The notes under the pieces are model-generated. The model did no database searches. It saw only the letters and a program-made list of their open reading frames with translations, and was not told where the DNA came from. From Octopus vulgaris (lineage: Eukaryota), in contig OX597818.1 of the NCBI GenBank assembly GCA_951406725.2, positions 67,208,001 to 67,272,000 of the forward strand: DNA of 64,000 nt, written 5' to 3'. Both the position numbers and the translations under genes were made by a program. Of the stretch, positions 53,203 to 64,000 are shown one piece after another (the first letter of the stretch is position 1; each line of letters begins with the position of its first letter).

Positions 53203-55173
53203 GTGTCTCTGAGTGTTAGATCATATATATATTTTACATGCACATATGCGTATCTGTATTTGCATCTCCCACTCCTTCTCTCTGTCGTTTGATCCAGCAC
53301 CCTATGAGTGTTATTACATTTGTGGGTCAGTAACTTTACCTATATAGGTTTATATTTAACTTGCTTTATGAAGGATCCTCCTTGTGCAGTTGAAGCACAT
53401 ATCGTTTCCTTAATCTCTAAAAACTTCAAACTGTTAGAAATATCTAACTCGAAAGCCAGAATACCTATTTTTCACAACTATAATGCATCATTCAGGAATA
53501 ACATTTATACGTGTTTTGTTTGTTATTGTAACGAAAACAATTTCACGTTGCCTAAAACAGTTTGATTTGCAAGAACTTCACCAACAGGTTCTTTTTTCAC
53601 AGCGTTACTTGTACCTCAAATACGTTTGTGGAGTACAGCATATATTTATTCATTAAGAGTGTCGCGCGTATTCATATGTATTGATACGATATTTCGCAAA
53701 ACATATTATTATTGCGCAGAGACTTTAGCTGTGCTGGACTTTTCATATATAACAACAGCAAGTGTTACAAACAACAAGAGAAATAGCAAATTGAAATTAC
53801 GTCGAACTTTATAGAAACAGTACAATGTGAACGGCCCAACTTCTCTGGAAACAGTTGTGTTACATTTGTTGCAGCGGAGATTCCTGTCCTCTATCTCTGT
53901 GTTCTGGTTTATCGCACCCCTTGATGGTTTTTTTATGGCAATACAGACATATGGCGTTGCCACCTCTACATTCTGGCTGGTAAGAGGAGAGATGTGAGAA
54001 TAATTTCGCCGCTCTCATCAATCTGAAATGTATTTAGGCGCCAACACTTGTCTTTCATGGGGTAAAAACAGAAGATTCTATATAATGGAATGATGCGATG
54101 GCTTGGAATTGATTGGTTGCTTTAAACACTGATCACTTGAGACTACTATGGTTCGTTCTTACTGCATTAACGATTACCTAGCGTAGAGGTTTCGAATCAC
54201 CGCTACAATCGCATAACGCAGCTTGCCTACCGATGTGGCGCTCCAGGATTACTGCTAGGTCTGACAATTTCTTCATGCAACACCGTCTGAAGAATATGGG
54301 TGCGAAGCCCTACACGCAATAATAATGATTTTGTATAGTTTCCCAATATGACACAACGGTTACGAGTCGTATATATTCTTAATATTACCGAACTCTGAAG
54401 TCAAACATGATTTCTTTCCTTTCGTTCTGTAATATTGGTCAAAGTCCACTTAACAGCCATTCATGAAGAGAGTTCATAAAAACAAAGATTGCATATTTGT
54501 ATTTTTCTAGCCGAATCAAAAGAAATCATTTATTATCATGATCAGTAACTTTAATTCGATCACACATACACAATCCGGGAGTATTTCAAACTACAAATGC
54601 AACAAAACACTAAAGCAACTCACTCTTAACAGGAACAATACATGACTCTCATCTAAGCGATAATGACTAAACTACACTTTTTCACAATGTTGGAGGAGTG
54701 CCACCAAAAGTAAGTCTTTCTGAGTCACTCGCAGTTTTATAAGTACTTTTATTTCTACTAAAACCATATAGAGTGGTCCTTATGTAACTGACTGATACGA
54801 CGTTGAATTTTCCGAGTGACACAAACAACAGAACAGCGGCTTGGGATATTAAGGTGCAAGAGGCTGAGTACACTACAGACACTCGTACACTTAACATGGT
54901 CAAATCACCAAGATTTTCCCTTGTAAACTGTTCATAACATGTTCTTGTCATCAGAGAATGTATATATGTATTGTAGTATTTTGTGACAACCAGTAACTCA
55001 CACCACCAAGCTTTTACATGTTACTTTTGACAATCATTTTCTAAAAAAGTTAAACCGGTAAAGTAAATAAACGTCTTTTAAAATTGCATATTCAAACCGT
55101 CTTTCATATATAATTCCACTCGTGCGATACCTTACAACTCCACTTTGTTATATATATATATATATATATATAT

Positions 55174-55571
55174 ACTCTTTTTTACTCCTTTACTTGTTAC
55201 AGTCATTTGAATGCGGCCATGCTGGAGCACCGCCTTTAGTCGAGCGAATCGATCCCTGGACTTATTCTTTGTAAGTCCAGTACTTATTCAATCGGTCACT
55301 TTTGCCGAACCGCTAGGTGACGGGGACGTAAACACACCCACATCGGTTGTCAAGCAATGCTAGGGGGACAAACACACACACATACACACATATATATATA
55401 TACATATATGCGACAGGCTTCTTTTAGTTTCCGTCTACCAAATCCACTCACAAGGCATTGGTCCGCCCGGGGCTATAGCAGAAGACACTCGCCCAAGATG
55501 CCACGCAGTCGGACGGAACCCGGAACCATGTGGTTGGTTAGCAAGCTACTTACCACACAGCCACTCCTGCG

Positions 55572-55573
<2 letters not shown>
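55174..55573 (-). mobile_element. tRNA-derived SINE family A (full length)
   Basis: Reverse complement of 365-770; (TA)n on both flanks. Confidence 0.92.
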
Positions 55574-55622
<49 letters not shown>

Positions 55623-55912
55623 TATTTGATTTGCAAAGTTTCATTCTGTGAGTCCCGTGGTTGACGCATATAGTGTTGTCTAGGGAGAGTCATAGGTTTT
55701 GGGCTTAATTATTTCACACAGTCACCGGTTCAGTTTCTACTCATTTAAATATTTTATTTTTGCGCCTTACAACATTTTTAATAGATGTTTACAGTTAACA
55801 AACAACGAACATTTTAGAAAAAAGGAGTAAGTAAATGAATGGAAACTGAACCGGTGAGTGTGAAAAAAATGAGGCACAAAAAGAGAATGACTTTCCCTCT
55901 TTCCCTAGACAC

Positions 55913-56003
<91 letters not shown>

Positions 56004-56054
56004 ATTATATTTATATCTACATATAAATACACATACACCACACACATATAAATA

Positions 56055-56107
<53 letters not shown>

Positions 56108-57559
56108 ATATATATGTATATTCATATATGAACATATATATTTACGTATATATATATATATATACATGTGTGCGTGTGTGTATTTATTTACGTATATATG
56201 TGGATATACAAACGCAGTATGTGAATATGTATGAAATTCATTGAACACACGCACTCATATTTATTACAGACAAATGATGGTACTAAGTGTTGCAGAGCTG
56301 GTATCAAATATTTTGTTTTGCTCGTATCGAACAATTAACAGAAATAAACAGCATTAAAACATGAACCAACAACAACATATAAATCAATCCAATTATCTAA
56401 TAACCAAACAACTTAGTGGAAACATATCATGCGACGAGTTAATTATGCATTAGTCTTGATTCATTTGTAATTATTATTGCGATATATTTTATTCATGACT
56501 TATGTATTGTTTTGCCACATTAATCTAACAATCACTGAAATTATATGTTTGAAATTTAGAAATAAAAATCGAAAAAACGAAACATTTGGCTGAGTTCTAG
56601 TTATTCTTCGTACCCTCTATATATTTGTCTCTTATCGTATATATATATATATATACAAACATACACCCACACATATAGATAGATAGTAAGATAGATGTAT
56701 GCATGTACATATATATATCATCTTACTATCTATCTATATATGTGTGTCTATATATATGCATATATATATATATATATATATATTCATGCATATACGACTA
56801 TTTACGTGTGTGCGGTCTCATGATATATTAATTGTATTCTAGTGCACGTTACTTAAGTTGTATATTCGAATTGTCCCTCTTGCGGTGGCGAGTTTGTCCT
56901 TCAGCAAAGAACATGATTGCGTTTCCTTTAGTCTCATGTTTAGGAGTTACGCCTCGATGGTTTAAATGGAAACTTAGCGGAATCCTAGTTATTTCGTTGA
57001 CCCGTATTCTTCGTCACTTATTTCATTCTTGTCATGAATAAATCCCGATAATTGACTTGTAGGCGTGATAATGGTTTTTCAGCATTTATATTCAATTGTT
57101 AAAATTCTGAGGATGCTGCTCGACGGTCGATGAGGGCTGAGCTCATGTGTGTCCTTTGTGTTTGATTCTTTTCTGTTTTTCGATAAATTCTCTTGGTGTA
57201 GCGTTGTGATATATATAAATATATAAATTCCACTCGGTCGCGTTTGTACGGTTTTCACTTATGTATTAAATGCATCTGCAGTGCCGAGCAGATGGCATCC
57301 TAATTTCGTTTTTCTTCATTTTCACCTTCTGAAACATCGAGCATCTGAAAGACGGGGTCTTACCAGACCTGGGCAGGGACTCTCTGTTGCGCTTAGTAGA
57401 CAATAACAACGCTTAATAAAATAACATTTTCAAAGACACGACATGGCACTAGATCGAAGAATCAACACCTTAATAGTAGTCATCAAGTAAAGTACTTTGA
57501 ATGTTCCCTATATGCACCCTATATGTGTATACACTATGTATGTGTATAAGTTTTCATAA

Positions 57560-57760
57560 TGTAACCGCATGTGGATTGTTGGAGATGTTTTTACTCCGTC
57601 TTCCTTTTCTCTTAGACTTAACTCCGGCACATGTTTCTGACGAAGAGATTCCCTCGAAACTTAAAAACAAACTTTCCTTCCTTCCCTGGGCGTCTGCCAA
57701 TACATAGCATGGACCACGCCCTCGTGTTGTTTTTGTGTGGTTGTTCTTCGTTTATTGATT
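57560..57760 (+). mobile_element. Putative PLE-P4 pLTR with hammerhead motif at 57633-57668
   Basis: GTTT-CTGACGA-A-GAG(ATTCC)CTC-GAAA-C-TTA-AAAAC; homologues at 52432-52629 and 62458-62525. Confidence 0.65.
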
Positions 57761-57789
57761 TATGATATATATATATATGTGTGAGTGTC

Positions 57790-57847
<58 letters not shown>

Positions 57848-58091
57848 TATATGTATATATATGTGTTTATATAAATATACACACATATGGTCACACACAC
57901 ACACAGAGACACACATATATATTTATCCATATCTATCTATCAATATATATATATATATATATATATATCTGTAAATTCCTCTATTTACATAATATCGAGG
58001 TCTCTTTCTTTCCTTTGCTGTCTTCCCATTTTTATCAACTTATATATCTGTATATATATATATATGTATATGTATATATATATATGTTTAT

Positions 58092-58215
<124 letters not shown>

Positions 58216-58216
58216 G

Positions 58217-58249
<33 letters not shown>

Positions 58250-59149
58250 GCATATATACATATATACATACATACATGTATGCATGTTGTGTATTCATGA
58301 ATTCAATTTCATGTACGCGTTTACTTTTGTGTGTTTGCTACATGTTCAAATTGCCGCAGCTTGAAAACAAATATTCTAATTTAATTCTGATATATTTTTA
58401 TTTATTTATATTGAAATTGCAACATAAACATTAGTGGTCTTCAAAACTTTATAGTGATATATCACTGGTTTTGTTTGGTAAATTTTATTTTTATTTTTCA
58501 GATTTTTATTAACTGTACAATTGAAATTGATTGCTAAATTCATAATTAATCAAAATATTGAATTACATATACAATAATTGTCATTATTGATTATTTAAAA
58601 TGTTTAAACTTTGAAAGTAAATGCAAAGCGCTTCATTGGAAGATTCTGCTTTCCCCTGTTCTAATTTCTCTTTGAGTAGAGCTTCGCTTTCATCTGTTTG
58701 ATAATGACAAAATACGTTCAGTGACCCATTTCGTTATCTTCAATTACCCATTGTTGTTTCTTTTAAGAACAGAAGTGACCGACTGACAAATATATATTTT
58801 TGTGGCTTTCTACTGCTGCTGCTATATCCGTGAATGCTGCTGCTGTTGATTTGCTGCTCCGCTTTCTTATCCCCGCTTCAGCAGACAACGGTTAGTATCT
58901 GGGTTAGTTTGTGTTCTATGTAGAGTTCATTATAAAGTTTCTCCTTCAACGAAATCGTTATTTGCAGATCTATAACTTACATTGAAACACACACACACAA
59001 ATACACACACACACACACAAACATGCACACACACACACACCTCTAATGGGTGAGTGGAAAGTAACAAAGCATTAGAAATTTTCTTATATAATTTCACTGA
59101 TGTAATGACAAAATCATTTTTTTAACAAGCAGCACTGATGGGGATTTTT

Positions 59150-59900
59150 TATTTTCTTATCCTACATCCTATTTCTTATTTTACCACCTGGCCGGTCGCT
59201 TGACAACTTAGGAGCGAACTGAGAGAGCAGCTCGCTATGAAGTGTGGAATTCCATTGTCTTGGTTCAGAGATCATGGCGTGCATAGAACGTTAAAACCGC
59301 AGCACTACGTCCGGATACAAAGTGGTCATGCAAAGGCGATGACCACGGTCTCTGTGAACGATGCAAGAAGAAATGACAGTCCAATGACATCTCGATCAGC
59401 GAAGAACGTGGCAACAGTGTAGGAAAAGTTTAATCGCGGCCTGCAAAAATAAACAGGTCAAGCAGATCGCAAGCTGGACTCACGAGTCACTCAATATGTA
59501 CGGTGCTGCATAAAGAACTGCATTTTTGTCCGTGAAAACGCCATTTTCCTGCAGGAGCTAAAGGTTGAGAACTGGGACCGTAGAAGTACAGAAGAACGGG
59601 ACTGTAAGAATTCCAGATCTCAAGCAATATGATTTTTACACAAGAGATGTGTATAAGACAAAACCTCGCAGACTGGAGGACTCGGAGACACGGTTTCAGG
59701 CGGTTCTTAATGAAGTCTCAGCCGATGTATTTCGGAAGTTTGCACAATTCATCCCTGGTCATTTGAGGGAACTGGTTGACGCCACTCGCTTCTAGCTTGG
59801 AATATGAAGGTTTACTTTCATTCTTCCCTGTAAGAAAGAATATGTATTATTTGTTTCAATAAATTTCTAAAAGGAATATGGATTTTATTACCAATTTCTA
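59150..59900 (+). pseudogene. Degraded, internally deleted Tc1/mariner-superfamily transposase
   Basis: N-terminal ERAARYEVWNSIVLVQRSWR; C-terminal RIPDLKQYDF..VYKTKPRRLEDSETRFQAVL..IPGHLRELVDA. Confidence 0.65.
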
Positions 59901-59919
59901 ATGCCTACTTTCTTCTCAT

Positions 59920-59996
<77 letters not shown>

Positions 59997-60258
59997 AATT
60001 AAATAAGGGTAGAAATTGATATTAATCAATTAAAACCAGTGACAATGCATATTTTAAAAAATTCCGAAGATTAAAATCTTATTTACATACAAAATTTAGA
60101 GGACTGACAACTAAACAAATTTTTTACACTTTGGTTTTTTGCTGAATTTTTTTTTTTTTTGAGAACACATTCGTCGTGGAGGATGACGATTTTGACGTCT
60201 ATATCTAGCACATAGGTTATCCATTTTTTAATGGTCAGTCCTCTAAATTTTGTATATA
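59997..60258. mobile_element. Probable PLE terminal fragment with a short inverted repeat
   Basis: ATACAAAATTTAGAGGACTGAC (60087-60108) versus GTCAGTCCTCTAAATTTTGTAT (60234-60255); the left end resembles the reverse complement of 46480-46518. Confidence 0.5.
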
Positions 60259-60300
60259 CATACATACATACATACATACATACATACATACATACATACA

Positions 60301-60342
<42 letters not shown>

Positions 60343-61141
60343 CATATGTTTTTGAAGTTAACCTGTTCTAAATATTTGTTACATTCATAAAATTTTACCA
60401 AAAAGACTCACGGTCTTAAAACAGAGGCTGATAGCTTGCCTAGCGGCTTGATTTGCATATAAATAGGCCCCTCACATGAAGCCCTACACGGAAGACGAAT
60501 TGTAAACTTCAGATTCGTTTTAAAAAAATAAAAAAAAACATATTGCTGACATCGCTTTGAACACTTCTTTCCCATTCGGCCAAAATTAGCGTACGTATAC
60601 ACATACGTACGCGCACACACGTGTAGAGAAGATGGGAGAGAAAGTGTGAGGGAGATAATTGATACATATTTATATGTATATACACAACCGCATACATAAC
60701 TTCGAGTATGTATACTTAATTTACAGATATATAATATATATATTTAGTGGTGGAATGTGAAGAGCTTTGTAACGTTTAGATAAAATGCTATTCGACATCA
60801 ATGTGAATTACTGGAAAACGTTATACTATTAACAAACAGCAAAGAATTCATTCCATCACAAAATATATTTTAGAATCTGTAGGCCTTCACTTATCAATCA
60901 TATTAGAATTAGACATAAATCATAAAATGTCGACTATTTATCCATGAGTCTTGGGAAGTGGATAATGGAAAATTTTGTAATTAATGCGCATATACGATTT
61001 TATAAATCTGATAACACCTGGGTTTGATACGCTTCCATAAGAAGAAATTCGATACGTTCAAGAAACCTTTATTTATATACAATTCAATATACGTTTAACG
61101 TGTTTAGATATACTTGTATAATGTTAGTAAATGAAGCGTGG

Positions 61142-61478
61142 GGAGACGCAATGACCTAGTGGTAAAGGCAGCGGTCTCGCGGTCGTAGGATAGCTGTTTC
61201 GATTCCCAAACTGGGGGTTGTAAGTGTTTATTAAGCAAAAATACTTAAAGCTCCACTAGGCTCCGTCAGGGGTGGTGACGACACTTGCTGCACTCTTTCT
61301 CTCAATCTTTCTTCCCGTTTCTTTTGTACCTGTATTTCAAAGGGCCAGACATGTCACACTCTGTGTCACGCTGAATTTCCCAGAGAACTCCTTTAAGAGT
61401 ACACATGTCTGTGGGACAAGGCTGTTCCGTTTGTCGGATCAACTGGAACCCTCGTCGTGGTAACCGATGCAGGGCCAC
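61142..61478 (+). mobile_element. tRNA-derived SINE family D (degenerate, 3'-truncated)
   Basis: TGACCTAGTGG (A box) and GTTTCGATTCC (B box) at tRNA-like spacing, followed by a GC-richer body. Confidence 0.65.
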
Positions 61479-61587
61479 GGAGTGAAGCGCGATAAGATAT
61501 TTGACAATGTTAAAGCATATTTCACGACTGTTTTCATGAATTACATTGACTGAATCAATAACACTTTCAATAAATTAATTTATGTTC

Positions 61588-61755
61588 ATCATCATCATCA
61601 TCATCGGTTAACGTCCATTTCCCATGTTTGCACGGGTTGGAATGTTAGGGTGAGGGTTTGACTGTGGAATCTGATATGGCAATATTTCTACATTTGGATG
61701 CGTTTCCTAAGGCCAAACACTCCGATAGTGTAGTCGGTGATGTTTACAGGTCAAC
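61588..61755 (-). mobile_element. SINE 3' fragment with (GAT)n tail
   Basis: Reverse complement TTGGCCTTAGGAAACGCATCC resembles the Nin/Deu-type core (from memory); ends GGACGTTAACC(GAT)n. Confidence 0.45.
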
Positions 61756-61992
61756 GGAATTTGAATTAAATTATGTTGCGATATATGATGGTTCTGAAAG
61801 ACCAGACTGATCAAGCTAACGTTGGATCTCTTCATGCTAATGAAGTCTCACCTGATTAAAATCTAACCTGTTTAATATTTTTACCTGTTGATGGTGAATT
61901 ATATGATGGGATGCAATATACTTTGAATTCCACCAAAACACATATCGTAGGTTTTTAAACGCCATTTGCGTTTGCTTTTATATAAGACACAT

Positions 61993-62187
61993 GGGTGGCT
62001 GCGAGCAAAGAAGCATCTTTCACAACCATATGGATCGATGTCCCGTGTTACTGCGTGGGACCTTCGGAAAGTGTCTTCTGTTATAGCCTCGGAACGACCA
62101 AAGCCCTGTGGATGTGTATTTTAAAGAAATAAATGAAAGAACTCATCGTGTATAAATACACAGAAACACACGAAGATACACACACAC

Positions 62188-62227
<40 letters not shown>

Positions 62228-62437
62228 CTGTGTGTCTGTATGTTTGTGTGTTAGTATCTGTGTTTGGCCACTCGCAAACCACTTTTGAAACGGTGTTGGT
62301 GTGTTTGTGTCCACGTAAATTAGTACTTCTGCGAAGAGAAAAACCATATAATAAATATCAGGGATTTAAAAAAATAAATACTGGGGCCGACTCATTGGAC
62401 TGAAAATTCAAGCCGGTGCCCTAGCATGGCCGCAGTA
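61993..62437 (+). mobile_element. Old family A SINE copy
   Basis: GTGGCTGCG...AAGTGTCTTCTGTTATAGCCTCGG...AAAGCCCTGTG...CGGTGCCCTAGCATGGCCGCAGT collinear with 365-770. Confidence 0.75.
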
Positions 62438-62457
62438 TAATAAAGTTAGAGATTATA

Positions 62458-62525
62458 TATGTTTTGCGCAAAGCTCTTTGTCAGAAACAGGAAACGGAGG
62501 AAAATCCAAGAAAAAGGAAGATATT
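62458..62525 (-). mobile_element. Putative PLE-P4 pLTR fragment
   Basis: Reverse complement GTTT-CTGACAA-AGAGCTTTGCGC-AAAAC. Confidence 0.45.
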
Positions 62526-62812
62526 GATAGATAGATATATTCACATACACACCCACCCACCTATATATGCGCGTGTGTTCCGTGTGTGCGTATATACATA
62601 TATAAATAGATTAAGACACATACACAAGCTTACATTCATACATATACACACACACGCATGAATATTTTAAAATAGACTGGGAGATTTTGCATAAGTTTTA
62701 ATTTCATGTTAAATGTCTTCCAATAGACTAGAGGAAATGCATTTTGAATATAAATATTGAGTTTAGTAATGCTATAAGTATGATAATTTCATAATCCACC
62801 CGCACACACATA

Positions 62813-62920
<108 letters not shown>

Positions 62921-62936
62921 TGTCTATTTGTCTATC

Positions 62937-63037
<101 letters not shown>

Positions 63038-63061
63038 TACATACACACACACATACACACA

Positions 63062-63105
<44 letters not shown>

Positions 63106-64000
63106 CAAAATATCTATTGGCTCTCCTTATCAGTTGATGATTTATATATAGTTCCTTACCTATCTGTCTGTCTATATATATGTGCCTATGTATTATGTAT
63201 GTATGTACGTGTGTGTATCCGTGCGTGTGTGTGTGTGTAAATGTGTTGGTGCGTGCTTGTGTGACTGCGTGTTACTTTACACATACAAAAACGTCCATAG
63301 TCCTGCTGAAGAGAATCCATCATACATACCGAGGTGCATTTGTGTCGTTGTTATTATATTACATTATAAATTTCTTCTATTTTGATCATCATCCTTATTT
63401 TCGAAGAAAACATTTATATGTTTTCCAAGATGGATATTTGATGGTTCTAATCAACTAATCACTCTCATGAATATGTCTACCCTGTTTCCTGAAATTTCTT
63501 CAAAATCTGTGACTATAATTAAGTATCGACGAGTGCTCGTTTGTTGTTCATTGGATAATAATACACACGATGTCTCTTCCTAGCAAACGGTACATAATTT
63601 GGAATCACATCATATCGGCCTGCAGTTTTTATCATGGATCAGGTTGCTTGCTGTACAGTGATGCGTTCTATTTCATTTTCTTTTATTATTAATTTTTTGT
63701 TTCCAGTGATCAAACATGATTACATCATCTATATTTGAAAAGTGTAGATTATGTCCCTACAAGTGTGTATTCTCTGGCCTATCATCCGACTGCTGTGCAA
63801 CTATATACGATGCTTTTATGGAGGCATTCATTTTCTATAGGACATGCTTAATTATGTGTACAGCCACATTTTTCATATCACCATCAATATAGATATATTA
63901 CATTAGTATTCTTCTTTCTACACTTTATAGTAACCCATGCACCTCCTCCCTTTCCTCCTACTCATTATTGATATTACTGTTGTTGATATTAACATTGTCC

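Noticed and set aside
53550-54360. GC-richer unique stretch as a possible host exon (also 2540-3300, 7280-7500, 28300-28600, 40560-41240)
   Set aside because: No convincing open frame with splice sites or recognisable protein; small host exons cannot be excluded without RNA-seq
56790-57400. Possible degraded PLE thumb/endonuclease on the minus strand
   Set aside because: Too decayed for a motif-level call

Overview
AT-rich, microsatellite-dense eukaryotic non-coding DNA. The repeat landscape (tRNA-headed SINEs, long (TA)n tracts, Penelope-like and Tc1/mariner relics) strongly suggests a cephalopod, probably Octopus; this is an inference from repeat recognition. I find no convincing host exon. 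Nearly all long ORFs are microsatellite artefacts, and the real coding remnants are all transposon-derived: two AP-endonuclease-type LINE RT fragments, an R4/Dong-like RT, Penelope-like (PLE) RT/GIY-YIG fragments and several Tc1/mariner pieces. Non-coding elements include two non-autonomous Helitrons, MITEs and several SINE families. The main signal is a PLE whose 3' pseudo-LTR carries a tRNA-like Pol III head, an (AAT)n spacer and a minimal hammerhead ribozyme. The module is attached to a GIY-YIG C-terminus at 25910-26533 and also occurs as solo copies starting at the tRNA head (27372, 48364), so it may be a ribozyme-bearing SINE born inside a PLE. Hammerhead motifs from several other families are present, including a U3-A8 covariant. 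Three inverted-repeat junctions fall in or next to a CUGANGA box. All calls were made by eye and boundaries are approximate unless stated.
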